Made by a program: the position numbers and the translations under genes. The notes under the pieces were generated by a model, which searched no databases, was not told where the DNA came from, and was given only the letters and a program-made list of their open reading frames with translations. From the NCBI GenBank assembly GCA_963701295.1, contig OY969585.1:1920001-1984000 (forward strand): 64,000 bases of DNA, in the 5' to 3' direction. The stretch's first letter is position 1; the number at the start of each line of letters is the position of its first letter. This stretch comes from Ignavibacteriota bacterium (lineage in GTDB: Bacteria; Bacteroidota; Ignavibacteria; UBA10030). Of the stretch, positions 19,502 to 29,830 are shown piece after piece.

Positions 19502-19906
19502 ATGGATATAAACCTAACGACCCCTGCGCTCCTTTTCCCGGCAATATCGCTTTTATTGTTAGCTTATACCAGCCGCTTTCTTGCGCTCGCAGCATTAATG
19601 CGCGAACTCCACGTTCGGTACAAAACCCAACCTGATCCACGCATCAAAGGACAAATAACAAGTTTGCGTTATCGTATTGGGATCATCCGCAACATGCAAA
19701 TATGGGGCGTAGCCAGCTTTGTCGGGTGCGTGCTGTGTATGATTGTACTGTTCGCCGGTTTGTTGACGTTGGCGAAGTGGATTTTTGTCGGCAGTCTGTT
19801 AATGCTACTCCTTTCGCTAGGAATTTCATTACGTGAAGTTCAAGTTTCAATTGATGCTTTAACACTTCAGATGCATGATTTGGACGGAGATGATGCGGGA
19901 AAGTAG
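19502..19906 (+). CDS. DUF2721-like membrane protein
   Basis: LTTPALLFPAISLLLLAYTSRFL N-terminus; three TM segments. Confidence 0.8.
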   Translation: MDINLTTPALLFPAISLLLLAYTSRFLALAALMRELHVRYKTQPDPRIKGQITSLRYRIGIIRNMQIWGVASFVGCVLCMIVLFAGLLTLAKWIFVGSLLMLLLSLGISLREVQVSIDALTLQMHDLDGDDAGK

Positions 19907-19992
19907 GTATTTGTTTCATTAAATCATCAATCTGAGGCTGGTCTTCGTGTATGTTTTGAGAAATGCCCTTTTTACAATCTTCCTAACTTTGA

Positions 19993-20021
19993 TTGACTTT
20001 CCGCCCTCTATTTCATAATAT
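19993..20021 (+). promoter_or_regulatory. Putative sigma70 promoter upstream of sppA
   Basis: TTGACT-N17-TAATAT. Confidence 0.5.
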
Positions 20022-20224
20022 ATTATACTATAACAAGTTACGCTGTGCCTAAGGTGCATCAGTCTCTGGCTGATGTAGAGAGAGAAGTACTATGAAGATA
20101 TACTTATAGTAAGAAAAGTTCATGAGTAATTTTTGGAAGTTTGTACTCTTCAAGAAAGGATAAGGAGAAAACAGAGATTGGCGAAGTGAAATAACTTCGA
20201 TCTTTATCAATTTCCTACAAAATT

Positions 20225-21127
20225 ATGTCTAAAACTGCAAAATGGATCATTGGCATTATTGCCGTTCTTGTATTGATAGTCGGCCTGTTTGTTCTAACGT
20301 TGGTTTCATGGATGTTCTCCGATGAAAGCGATGAGACGGCCACAACCGGCGGGGAGAAGATTGCGGTCGTCGAACTCAAAGAACCGATTGTTTCTTCGGA
20401 AGAAATAGTACGCCAGTTCAAGAAATACCGTGAAAATAAATCGGTGCGAGCAATTGTGTTCCGCGTTGAATCACCAGGTGGCGGCGTGGCAGCAAGCCAA
20501 GAAATTTATGAGGAAGTAAAGAAGACGCGTGATGCCGGTAGACCTGTGGTTGTCTCGATGGGCTCGGTAGCAGCAAGCGGCGGTTATTATGTCTCATGCG
20601 GCGCGACAAAGATTGTAGCAAATCCCGGAACACTGACGGGAAGCATCGGCGTCATTTTTCAATTCATGCACTTCAATCAGTTGATGGATAAAATTGGCAT
20701 TGATGCAACCACGATAAAAACAGGGAAGTTCAAGGATTCGGGTTCGCCTTTCCGTAAAACGACTGAAGAAGAGAAGCAATATTTTAACTTGCTCATCGGC
20801 GATGTCTATGACCAATTTGTCGATGTCGTAGCGGATGAGCGAGGGCTTGATCGAAAGGAAGTACTGAAGTACGCCGATGGCCGTGTGTTCACCGGACGAC
20901 AAGCGTTGGAATATGGATTTGTCGATACACTAGGGACCATGGAAGATGCTGTGAGCATTGCGGCAGAATTAGGTGGCATTCATGGCAAACCGAAAATAGT
21001 AAAAGAGAGTAAAAGAAAAACATTATTTGAAAAACTCATCGGTGATGCAGCTACTGAAGTGACAAAAATACGGCAAGAATTTTTACAGCAGCCGCTGTTG
21101 CAGTACCGATTCACATCTCCCAACTAA
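20225..21127 (+). CDS. sppA: Signal peptide peptidase SppA (S49, short form)
   Basis: N-terminal TM, VESPGG, AASGGYY, TGSIGV, K.G.FKD, DGRVFTG. Confidence 0.94.
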   Translation: MSKTAKWIIGIIAVLVLIVGLFVLTLVSWMFSDESDETATTGGEKIAVVELKEPIVSSEEIVRQFKKYRENKSVRAIVFRVESPGGGVAASQEIYEEVKKTRDAGRPVVVSMGSVAASGGYYVSCGATKIVANPGTLTGSIGVIFQFMHFNQLMDKIGIDATTIKTGKFKDSGSPFRKTTEEEKQYFNLLIGDVYDQFVDVVADERGLDRKEVLKYADGRVFTGRQALEYGFVDTLGTMEDAVSIAAELGGIHGKPKIVKESKRKTLFEKLIGDAATEVTKIRQEFLQQPLLQYRFTSPN

Positions 21128-21144
21128 TTTTGTGAGGAGGCTTC

Positions 21145-21441
21145 GTGACCAAAGCAGATATTGTAGATGTCATTGCATCGGCAACAGGGTTGACGAAAGT
21201 AGAAACCGAAGCTGTGGTAGATGGATTTATTACAACGGTTATCGGTGCAATGAGGGATGGAAGGAATATTGAAATTCGTGGTTTCGGCAGCTTCAAAGTG
21301 AAGAAACGTAAGGGCAGAGTTGCCCGCAATCCGCGTACAGGTGCTCAGGTAATGGTGGATGAACATTTCGTTCCGACATTCAAGGTTTCAAAAGAAATGA
21401 AGCAAATTGTGAATGAGAATCTCAAGAAGGGGGTTTCATAG
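21145..21441 (+). CDS. HU/IHF family DNA-binding protein
   Basis: MTKADIV..EIRGFGSF..ARNPRTG..PTFK; GAGGAG RBS. Confidence 0.94.
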   Translation: MTKADIVDVIASATGLTKVETEAVVDGFITTVIGAMRDGRNIEIRGFGSFKVKKRKGRVARNPRTGAQVMVDEHFVPTFKVSKEMKQIVNENLKKGVS

Positions 21442-22214
21442 TGGCGGGATTGAAGCCCAGAATTCTCTGTGCGCATTGTAGTGCGCCGCTTCAACCGGGA
21501 AATCAGTTCTGTTCTTCATGTGGTGTGGCAGTAGATTGGACAGAGGAAATCGCTTCCGGTTCCCCAATGAATTTACGAATGCAATCGACAAAGCTTGAAT
21601 TGCACGGAAAAAAATTACGATCGATAGAAGTATCGCCTTCTTGGTCGTTAAAATTGATCTTGGGTGTTGTTATCGTAGCTGCTTTAGTTGTTATTGGATA
21701 TGAGTTTTTTATTGAAAAGGGTTCAAATTCAGGATCAACCCAGCAAGTGGTTGCTCAACCGATGCCACTGACAGGTGAGATGGCTCAGAAGCAAGCAGAG
21801 ATTCAGGCATTAGAAAAAGACGTTGCTTCTCATCCGAACGATATGGCATTAACCCTGCAACTTGCCAATTTCATGCATGACGGATTATTATATGAAAGGG
21901 CAATTCCTTATTATAAAATGTTTCTTGCAAAAAATCCAAATAACGCTAATGCTCGCGTAGATTTGGGAATATGTTACAAGGAACTCGGCAATTTTTCAGA
22001 AGCAAAAAAGGAGATGAAGGAGGCGTTGAAGTATGTTCCCCAACATCTCCACGCGAATTTCAATATTGGAATTGTCTGCTTGAGCGAAGGCAATCTCCAT
22101 GAAGCAAACGAGTGGTTTAAAAAAACAGTTGCATTGGATCCTACAAGTGAAATCGGGAAACGAGCGCAGCAGCTTTTAACTCAACACAACTCACAAACAC
22201 CAATGACGAACTAA
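21441..22214 (+). CDS. Zinc-ribbon + TM + tetratricopeptide repeat protein
   Basis: CAHC..FCSSCG, one TM helix, TPR motifs (NARVDLGICY, ANFNIGIV). Confidence 0.85.
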   Translation: MAGLKPRILCAHCSAPLQPGNQFCSSCGVAVDWTEEIASGSPMNLRMQSTKLELHGKKLRSIEVSPSWSLKLILGVVIVAALVVIGYEFFIEKGSNSGSTQQVVAQPMPLTGEMAQKQAEIQALEKDVASHPNDMALTLQLANFMHDGLLYERAIPYYKMFLAKNPNNANARVDLGICYKELGNFSEAKKEMKEALKYVPQHLHANFNIGIVCLSEGNLHEANEWFKKTVALDPTSEIGKRAQQLLTQHNSQTPMTN

Positions 22215-22230
22215 CAGAAAGGAAATGCAT

Positions 22231-22326
22231 ATGCCATGTGGTCGTAAGCGAAAGCGACATAAAATGGCGACTCACAAGCGCAAGAAGCGTTTGCGGAAGC
22301 AGCGTCATAAGAAGAAGGTCCGTTAA
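22231..22326 (+). CDS. Small ribosomal protein bS22 (AURKAIP1/COX24 domain), 31 aa
   Basis: Manual translation MPCGRKRKRHKMATHKRKKRLRKQRHKKKVR with an AAGGA RBS; too short for the ORF track. Confidence 0.88.
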   Translation: MPCGRKRKRHKMATHKRKKRLRKQRHKKKVR

Positions 22327-22339
22327 GTATCAATCCCTT

Positions 22340-22370
22340 TGCCTGTCGCTCGTATGTTTTGCGACAGGCA
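22340..22370 (+). terminator. Hairpin downstream of bS22
   Basis: Perfect 10-bp stem TGCCTGTCGC..GCGACAGGCA; no clear U tract. Confidence 0.45.
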
Positions 22371-22472
22371 GGGTACGGATTGGCGCATGGTGAGTTACAG
22401 TGAGTTGAGAATTGAGTGAAGCAGAGTATAGTTGTTTTTTCTAAATAAATAACAAATAAACTGGAGGTTGTT

Positions 22473-22805
22473 ATGGCACAGGAAAATGACGGTATGGCGA
22501 AAGGGCTCATCGCAGGGTTTATTGCAGGCAGTGTTGTAGGTGCAGCAATTGCACTCTTGTATGCTCCCAAGGCTGGAAAGGAGCTACGCGCCGACATCAA
22601 AGAGAAGGCAGGCGACTTAATGGAAGATGCACAGGAATATATGGATCGTGCGAAATCGAGCGCAGTGGATATTGTGAACGAAGGAAAACGGAAAGCGAAC
22701 ACGCTTGTGGATGATGCTCGCCGTAAGGCAAACACCATACTTGGTGATGCCGACCGAGTAATCAACAATGCACGCAGCAAGACCGAAGGCACAAAGAATA
22801 CCTAA
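22473..22805 (+). CDS. YtxH domain protein
   Basis: GFIAGSVVGAAIALLYAPKAGKELR motif. Confidence 0.92.
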   Translation: MAQENDGMAKGLIAGFIAGSVVGAAIALLYAPKAGKELRADIKEKAGDLMEDAQEYMDRAKSSAVDIVNEGKRKANTLVDDARRKANTILGDADRVINNARSKTEGTKNT

Positions 22806-22862
22806 GCCTCTATTAAAAATCTAAACAACTTAATTCATCGAACCCAGAAAAGGGAAACTCGA

Positions 22863-23258
22863 GTGGAAACATTATCTGAAATACTAAAATTAGTGTTGTT
22901 GTGCAGCGCTTCCGCGTTGTGCATCTATCTTATCATAGTGCTGGTTCGCTTCAAAGTATTCCTGCAAGTCTTGCAGATTGAATTGATCGATCTCAACAAG
23001 AATCTGAAGCCCATTCTCGAAAATCTCAACGCGGTAACAGACAAACTGCGTTTGATTACCACAAAAGTGGAAGATCAGGTCGATATAATCCATGGAGTGT
23101 TTCTTGCGTTCAGGCACATTACCGAAAACATTACGCGGCTTGAAGAACATTTTCAACAGCGTTTGGAAGAACCGCTGATGCGTGTGGGTGCAATGTTTGG
23201 CAATATCATCAACCGTGTTGCATCATTGTTTATGAGGCGTTCGCAGGATATTCTTTGA
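22863..23258 (+). CDS. DUF948-like membrane-anchored coiled-coil protein
   Basis: N-terminal TM then coiled coil; typical neighbour of YtxH. Confidence 0.65.
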   Translation: METLSEILKLVLLCSASALCIYLIIVLVRFKVFLQVLQIELIDLNKNLKPILENLNAVTDKLRLITTKVEDQVDIIHGVFLAFRHITENITRLEEHFQQRLEEPLMRVGAMFGNIINRVASLFMRRSQDIL

Positions 23259-23335
23259 TGCACCGCTGAAGAAGAAATCTATGCTGGCGGTGGATGCCCA
23301 CCGTCGGTGTCATTTTACCTCAAGGAGATACTATT

Positions 23336-25444
23336 GTGTCAAAAGCGATAAGTAAAGAATATACCATTGATAAAATCCGTAATATTGCAGTTGTCGGTCA
23401 TGGCGGTTCCGGGAAAACGACGTTGACCGAGTCGTTGATGTTTGTGGCGGGAGCCGCTACGCGAATAGGACGCGTCGAAGATGGTTCAACGATTTCTGAT
23501 TATCATGTAGATGAAATCGAACGTAAGATTTCTATTAATGCGGCAGTACTGCACGCCGATTGGCAGGGAACAAAAATAAATATTCTCGATACACCGGGAT
23601 ATTCAGATTTCACTGGCGAAGTACTCAGTTCTCTCCATGTAACCGATCTTGCTGTCGTGATGTTGAAGGCGGTGGAAGGTGTCGAAGTTGGTACGGAAAT
23701 TGTTTGGAACTATACCAAATCCTTACATATACCAGCCCTCCTTGTTGTGAATAAGCTTGATAATGAAAATGCTGAGTTCGATCATGCGGTCGCAACAGCG
23801 AAAGATCGATTTGGCCATGATGCTGTGATCGTTCAATTCCCTGTGAATCAAGGACTTCCGTTCGATACTGTAGTGGATGTCTTAAAAATGAAGGTGCTGA
23901 AGTTTAATCGTGAAGGCAGCGGCAAATTCACAGAAAGCGATATTCCTGCCGACTTGAAGGAGAAAGCTGGGCAGCTCCACGAAGAGTTGATTGAGAAAAT
24001 CGCAGAAACCGATGAAGCATTGATGAACAAATTTTTTGAAGATGGCACGTTGAAAGATGCCGATCTCGAAAATGGCTTCCGCTTTGCGCTGTTGAATAGA
24101 AAAATATTCCCTATCTATTGCATTGCCGCTTCACTTGGCGTCGGCACGAGTCCGTTGATGAGTTTCATAACAACATATGGGCCATCGCCAAAGGATCGGG
24201 GCAAGGTTAAGGCAATAAATCCGAATGATAAAAAAGAAATTGAAGTAGAACCCGATGGAGCAAAGGAACCATCGTTCTTTGTCTTCAAAACAGTTTCGGA
24301 AGAGCACGTTGGCGAGTTGTCGTTCTTCCGCGTGTACTCCGGTACCATCACTGCAGGATTGGATCTTGTCAATCAATCTAACGGCAAAAGTGAACGCCTC
24401 GGACAGCTTTTCGTGATGAATGGAAAAGAGAGAACCGAAATTACAAAACTTATCGCCGGTGATATCGGCGCTGCGGTGAAGTTGAAGGACACACACACGA
24501 ACAATACACTCAGCGGCCGGGCGTTCCCGGTTTTGTACGCACCGATTAATTTTCCGGATCCTGTCATTCGTATGGCGATTCATTCCAGATCGAAAGGAGA
24601 TGAAGATCGCATGGCGAACGGATTGCATTCCTTGCACGAAGAGGATCCGACATTTGTCATCACGGTAGATGGCCAGCTTAGTCAGACGGTGATAGCTGGA
24701 CAGGGCGAACTCCATCTGCTCATCGTCACCAAACGTCTCAAGCTGAAATATGGTGTGGAAGTTGATCTCACGGAACCAAAGATTCCCTACAAGGAAGCGA
24801 TTCGTGCAACAGCGCCAGATGTGGAATACAAACACAAGAAACAAACTGGCGGGCGGGGACAGTACGGACATGTACACATTAAAATTGAACCGAGGCCGCG
24901 GGGTGCAGGATTTAAATTTGAAGATGCCATTGTTGGAGGTGTAGTGCCTGGCCGTTTTGTTCCGGCAGTTGAAAAAGGTGTTATCGAAACGATGCTGCGC
25001 GGTGTGCTTGCCGGCTATGAAGTGGTAGACGTGAAAGTAACGATCTTCGATGGTTCCTACCATGCAGTGGATTCTGACGAGCATTCATTCAAGATTGCCG
25101 GTGCGATGGCGTTCAGAAAAGGAATCATGGAAGCGAAGCCTGTTCTTCTGGAGCCAATTAATATTATTGAAGTAATAGTGCCTGATGAATACATGGGTGA
25201 TGTGATGGGTGATCTCTCCGGGCGCCGCGGGAAGATTCAAGGTATGGAAGCTGAAGGGCATTTCCAGAAAATCAAAGCAAGTGTACCGATGTCGGAGATT
25301 CATAAGTACTCTACGATTCTTCGTTCGATGACACAAGGCCGTGGAGTCTATAAGACGAGATTCTCACATTATGACGAGATGCCGCGCGAGGCAGCAGAGA
25401 AGGTAATCGCTGCAAGCGAGAAGGCGAAAGTAGAAGAAGAATAA
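23336..25444 (+). CDS. fusA: Elongation factor G paralogue (EF-G2 type)
   Basis: GHGGSGKT, DTPG, NKLD, KKQTGGRGQYG. Switch I reads RKISI rather than RGITI and the gene is outside the str operon. GTG start after AAGGAG. Confidence 0.92.
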   Translation: MSKAISKEYTIDKIRNIAVVGHGGSGKTTLTESLMFVAGAATRIGRVEDGSTISDYHVDEIERKISINAAVLHADWQGTKINILDTPGYSDFTGEVLSSLHVTDLAVVMLKAVEGVEVGTEIVWNYTKSLHIPALLVVNKLDNENAEFDHAVATAKDRFGHDAVIVQFPVNQGLPFDTVVDVLKMKVLKFNREGSGKFTESDIPADLKEKAGQLHEELIEKIAETDEALMNKFFEDGTLKDADLENGFRFALLNRKIFPIYCIAASLGVGTSPLMSFITTYGPSPKDRGKVKAINPNDKKEIEVEPDGAKEPSFFVFKTVSEEHVGELSFFRVYSGTITAGLDLVNQSNGKSERLGQLFVMNGKERTEITKLIAGDIGAAVKLKDTHTNNTLSGRAFPVLYAPINFPDPVIRMAIHSRSKGDEDRMANGLHSLHEEDPTFVITVDGQLSQTVIAGQGELHLLIVTKRLKLKYGVEVDLTEPKIPYKEAIRATAPDVEYKHKKQTGGRGQYGHVHIKIEPRPRGAGFKFEDAIVGGVVPGRFVPAVEKGVIETMLRGVLAGYEVVDVKVTIFDGSYHAVDSDEHSFKIAGAMAFRKGIMEAKPVLLEPINIIEVIVPDEYMGDVMGDLSGRRGKIQGMEAEGHFQKIKASVPMSEIHKYSTILRSMTQGRGVYKTRFSHYDEMPREAAEKVIAASEKAKVEEE

Positions 25445-25478
25445 TTTCTTTTGTAATCTTCCGAAGGTTCCCTCTTCA

Positions 25479-25507
25479 GCGCCCTGCCCGACAGTGGGGC
25501 GTTTTGT
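25479..25507 (+). terminator. Terminator after EF-G paralogue
   Basis: GCGCCC..GGGGCGT stem followed by TTTT. Confidence 0.6.
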
Positions 25508-25538
25508 TTATTCTCCTTGTTATGAGCTTAAGAGTAAT

Positions 25539-25916
25539 TTATGAGGCAGGTTTAATTTTGAGAATTGAGTTGACTTTTTGGAGCAGTTCTTCGAGAGTGA
25601 ATCCTTTTGTAAGATATTCTATCGCCGCGCCGGTTTTCCATTCCTTGTCTGATTGAGCGTAATGAGTCATAATGATAACAGGGATATTGGAAGTCTCCGG
25701 AAATTCCTTCAATGTCTCTAACATAAGGAAACCGTTTACATTATCCATAACGACGTCGCTTATAATTAAATCAGGAACTTCTTGTTTCGCAAGTTCCAAT
25801 CCTCTGAGTCCATCTTCGGCTTCCAGTGTTTCAAATCCGCCTTTCAATTTGAGAGCAATAGAAATGGATTTGCGTACTGCTTCATCATCATCAACCACGA
25901 GTATCTTTTTTCCCAT
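25539..25916 (-). CDS. Single-domain response regulator (CheY-like)
   Basis: ILVVDDD, DLIISDVVM, IPVIIMT, YLTK. Confidence 0.9.
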   Translation of the reverse strand: MGKKILVVDDDEAVRKSISIALKLKGGFETLEAEDGLRGLELAKQEVPDLIISDVVMDNVNGFLMLETLKEFPETSNIPVIIMTHYAQSDKEWKTGAAIEYLTKGFTLEELLQKVNSILKIKPAS

Positions 25917-26140
25917 CTGACAAATTCCTTTTTATAATAGTTACTTTAACCTACAAAGTTCCTATTATAAATACAATAGGATATTGTCTGATTTAAAGTC
26001 TGCCGTTTTGGAATGTACTCTATTTAGAGAGATTTTGAGCTTTTCCTACAATCTTTGAAATGAATCTAATTTATTGTGATTGAAGTCACGAAGAACATTG
26101 TTTTCCCGTCTCCTCATTTTTCTGTATCTTACTTTCACGT

Positions 26141-29002
26141 ATGACAAAAAAAATAAATAGACAGAAAAACCTGCGGAAGGTTACTGAGAAAAACATGAAC
26201 AACCTTCCAAAGGGTTCAGGCAGTCGTAAACCTTCCGATATCATCATCCGTGGTGCGCGGGTTCATAACCTCAAAAACATTAACCTCACACTGCCGCGGA
26301 ACAAACTTATTGTATTCACTGGTGTCAGCGGCTCTGGTAAATCAAGTCTCGCATTTGATACCATTTATGCAGAAGGGCAGCGCCGATATGTCGAAAGTCT
26401 TTCCTCTTACGCTCGCCAATTTCTCGAGAGAATGGAAAAACCGGATGTCGATCTGATTCAAGGAATCAGTCCGGCAATCGCCATCGAGCAAAAGACAACT
26501 TCACGCAATCCCCGCTCGACTGTTGCCACCACCTCTGAAATCTACGATTACCTTCGCTTGCTTTTTGGGCGCATTGGGCAAACGTATTGCCGCGTGTGCG
26601 GAAAATTGGTAAAGCGCGATACGGTGAGCACTGTTGTTGATCGACTCCAACAAGAACCGGAAGGAACAAAAGTGTACGTAATGTTCCCGATGCATGATCA
26701 TCCGGGAAGAACAGTAAAAGAGGAAATCGATGTCCTCAAGAAGCGTGGTTTTTTCCGGCTTGTGGTGAATGATGAGCTTATTGATTTAAATGAAAACGCT
26801 TTTAAAGCGAAATCGAAAAAGGGAATCAATATTCTTGTTGATCGTCTTGTCATCCGAAAGAATGAGACAGAAAGCATGACTCGACTTGCTGATTCCGTAC
26901 AAACGGCGTTTGAAGAAGGAAGCGGATATGCTTTGGCTATCATCTTGGAATCGAAGCAGCTACTCAGGTTCTCACAGCATTTTGAATGTGTGGAAGACAA
27001 TATCCGCTATGAAGATCCAGAGCCGCGGTTCTTCTCGTTTAATAATCCGGTTGGAGCTTGCCCAACGTGCCAGGGATTCGGAAGAATTATCGGCATTGAC
27101 ATGAATCTTGTTGTGCCGGATCCAAGCAAGACGATTCGAGATGGAGCTATTTTACCATGGACATTTCCACGGTGGCGCGAAAATCTTATCGACCTGCTTC
27201 ACATTGCAAAGGAGGTTGATTTGCCGGTGGATATCCCATTCAGCGAGTTGACAAAAGAACAACTCGCGATCATAATGGACGGTTGTAAAGGGTTTGACGG
27301 TATCCACAAGTATTTCAAATTCATCGAACGTAGATCGTACAAACTGCACTATCGTGTTTTTCTCAGCCGCTTTCGCGGTTATACGACATGCGATGATTGC
27401 GGCGGATCGCGTCTGCGGAAGGAAGTACTCAATGTCCGCGTGAGCGAAAAAAATATCCAGGATTTTGTTCGAATGACCATTGAAGAAGCGAATCGGTTCT
27501 TTCAAGATATCCGTCTTTCAAAGTATGAAGAGGAAGTTGCCAAGCGTATCTTAGAAGAAATTCGTAAGCGGCTTCGCTTCCTTGATGGAATCGGGCTTGG
27601 GTATATCACGCTTGACCGATTGACAATGACACTCTCCGGCGGAGAATCACAGCGCATTAATCTTGCAACATCGCTCGGTTCTTCATTGATGGGATCACTC
27701 TATGTTCTTGATGAACCTACCATTGGATTACACCCGCGCGATAATCTCCGACTTGTCCACTTGCTCAAGTCATTGCGTGATATTGGCAACACAGTGTTGG
27801 TTGTTGAACACGACGAAGAGATGATGCGCGAAGCCGATATCATAGTGGATATCGGTCCGCGGGCAGGTGAACACGGCGGCGAAGTTGTGTTCCATGGAAC
27901 AATGGAACAACTTCTGCAGCATCCAACGTCGCTGACGGCGAAGTATCTCAATGGTACACTCACCATTCCAACACCGAAATCGAGGAGGGTAGACAAAGAA
28001 CAATCGCTCTTTATTCACGGTGCATCGGAGAATAATCTGAAAAATATTGATATTCGAATTCCATTGAATATGTTTGTCTGTATGACGGGTGTAAGCGGTT
28101 CGGGGAAGAGCACGCTGGTACACAAAGTGCTGTATGCAGGAATGATGAAGCAGAAAGGTGGGTACGATGGAACTGCGGGTAAATGTAAAGCCATCGAAGG
28201 AATTGATTCAATCAACAATATTGAGCTGGTAGATCAATCGCCACTTGGAAGAAGCCCGCGTTCCAATCCTATCACGTACATCAAAATATTCGATCTTATC
28301 CGCGATGTACTTGCTCACACGCCGGCTGCAAAGACGCACGGTTATGCACCGGGACATTTTTCGTTCAATGTGCCCGGAGGCCGCTGCGAAGTATGCGAAG
28401 GAGACGGTTTGCAGAGGATCGAAATGCAATTTCTTGCAGATATTTTTCTCCCGTGCGAATCATGTAAAGGAAAGCGCTTTAAGCAGGAAGTGCTCGATGT
28501 TCGATACCGCGGCAGGAACGTGGATGATATCTTGAATATGACGGTAACGGAAGCGATAGAATTCTTTTCCGCTTCTGCAGACGGCAGGCGGATAGCAAAA
28601 CGGCTGAAGGTTCTGGATGATGTTGGGCTTGGATACCTTCGGCTTGGGCAGCCGGCAACTACGCTTTCAGGCGGTGAGGCACAGCGCATCAAACTTGCGC
28701 ATCACCTTTCAACTTCCGAGCAGGAAGGGAATACGCTCTTTATTCTCGACGAACCAACCACTGGACTGCATTTTGACGACATTGCCAAACTTCTGAAATG
28801 TTTCGATGCTCTTGTAGAAGCAGGACACTCGATTCTTGTCATCGAACACAATATGGATGTTATAAAATGTGCCGACTTTGTCATTGACTTGGGGCCTGAG
28901 GCAGGAGAACGGGGCGGAGAAATTATTGCAACTGGAACACCAGAAGAGATCGCGAAAAATTCTCGTTCTTACACCGGCGGCTTTCTCAAACGTTACTTTT
29001 GA
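26141..29002 (+). CDS. uvrA: Excinuclease ABC subunit A
   Basis: Two ABC cassettes (GVSGSGKSSL, LSGGESQRI; [19 protein letters not shown]) and zinc fingers. Start could be 26195. Confidence 0.97.
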   Translation: MTKKINRQKNLRKVTEKNMNNLPKGSGSRKPSDIIIRGARVHNLKNINLTLPRNKLIVFTGVSGSGKSSLAFDTIYAEGQRRYVESLSSYARQFLERMEKPDVDLIQGISPAIAIEQKTTSRNPRSTVATTSEIYDYLRLLFGRIGQTYCRVCGKLVKRDTVSTVVDRLQQEPEGTKVYVMFPMHDHPGRTVKEEIDVLKKRGFFRLVVNDELIDLNENAFKAKSKKGINILVDRLVIRKNETESMTRLADSVQTAFEEGSGYALAIILESKQLLRFSQHFECVEDNIRYEDPEPRFFSFNNPVGACPTCQGFGRIIGIDMNLVVPDPSKTIRDGAILPWTFPRWRENLIDLLHIAKEVDLPVDIPFSELTKEQLAIIMDGCKGFDGIHKYFKFIERRSYKLHYRVFLSRFRGYTTCDDCGGSRLRKEVLNVRVSEKNIQDFVRMTIEEANRFFQDIRLSKYEEEVAKRILEEIRKRLRFLDGIGLGYITLDRLTMTLSGGESQRINLATSLGSSLMGSLYVLDEPTIGLHPRDNLRLVHLLKSLRDIGNTVLVVEHDEEMMREADIIVDIGPRAGEHGGEVVFHGTMEQLLQHPTSLTAKYLNGTLTIPTPKSRRVDKEQSLFIHGASENNLKNIDIRIPLNMFVCMTGVSGSGKSTLVHKVLYAGMMKQKGGYDGTAGKCKAIEGIDSINNIELVDQSPLGRSPRSNPITYIKIFDLIRDVLAHTPAAKTHGYAPGHFSFNVPGGRCEVCEGDGLQRIEMQFLADIFLPCESCKGKRFKQEVLDVRYRGRNVDDILNMTVTEAIEFFSASADGRRIAKRLKVLDDVGLGYLRLGQPATTLSGGEAQRIKLAHHLSTSEQEGNTLFILDEPTTGLHFDDIAKLLKCFDALVEAGHSILVIEHNMDVIKCADFVIDLGPEAGERGGEIIATGTPEEIAKNSRSYTGGFLKRYF

Positions 29003-29007
29003 TACAT

Positions 29008-29763
29008 CTAAAATAATCCGCCAAACGTCAGCGTAATAAATAATCCGCCGAAATTCGTCATATAGCCGCCTTCCATGACTTCGATGCCGCTTGGATACGG
29101 TGCAAGGAAGTATTTGACACTCAAACCTGTGATTGTCCCCTTATCCATACCGAAATATACACCGGCTCCGATAAAACCGCCAAGAGTATATCGCAGCTGT
29201 CCATATTTGAGACTTGAAAAGAATTCAACCTTTCCTGGGTCGGTATAATAAATTGAACCATCAGGATTATAGTACGTTGTTGGATGAGCATAAGGAGCAA
29301 CGAATATCATTGTTGGGCCGAGTCCGGCAGTAATGAACGGACGAAGATTGTCAACGATGTCATCTTTAAACAAACGATATTGCACGCTGACAGTTAAAGG
29401 GAGAAGAAGTAATCGATTGATCTTGCCTGGGACAATACTGTTTCCATAATAATCGTACTGTTCAAACTCAGCATCATCTTTTACGTCAGAGATTGCAAAG
29501 TTGAACACCAATGAAAGTTCATCGCTCATTTCGTACCGATAGAATGCACCCATACCGAAACCATTATTGGATAAGAGCATGTCGAGGCCCCACGCGTGCA
29601 ATGTCGGACTATAGCTTTGTTCATGTATAAGATTTGGATTGGATGGTGTAAAGATAATGGTAGTATCAGGTGTCTTCGGTGTTTGTGCCAATGCGTGTGT
29701 GAACAAGAGGAATGCAAAGAAAAGGAATCGAACAGTGCAATATTTATTGATTTTGTATCTCAT
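29008..29763 (-). CDS. Probable outer-membrane beta-barrel protein
   Basis: Signal peptide (ALA|QT), amphipathic beta strands, C-terminal Phe. Confidence 0.7.
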   Translation of the reverse strand: MRYKINKYCTVRFLFFAFLLFTHALAQTPKTPDTTIIFTPSNPNLIHEQSYSPTLHAWGLDMLLSNNGFGMGAFYRYEMSDELSLVFNFAISDVKDDAEFEQYDYYGNSIVPGKINRLLLLPLTVSVQYRLFKDDIVDNLRPFITAGLGPTMIFVAPYAHPTTYYNPDGSIYYTDPGKVEFFSSLKYGQLRYTLGGFIGAGVYFGMDKGTITGLSVKYFLAPYPSGIEVMEGGYMTNFGGLFITLTFGGLF

Positions 29764-29830
29764 CGCGTTCAATATATCAAACGTATGAATTTAATAAAAG
29801 ATTCCAAAGATAAAAATCTGCTCAACGAAT

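Noticed and set aside
24131-25084. 317-aa antisense ORF in the EF-G gene, and similar long antisense ORFs in rpoB, uvrA and rplL
   Set aside because: Expected by-product of codon bias in conserved genes.
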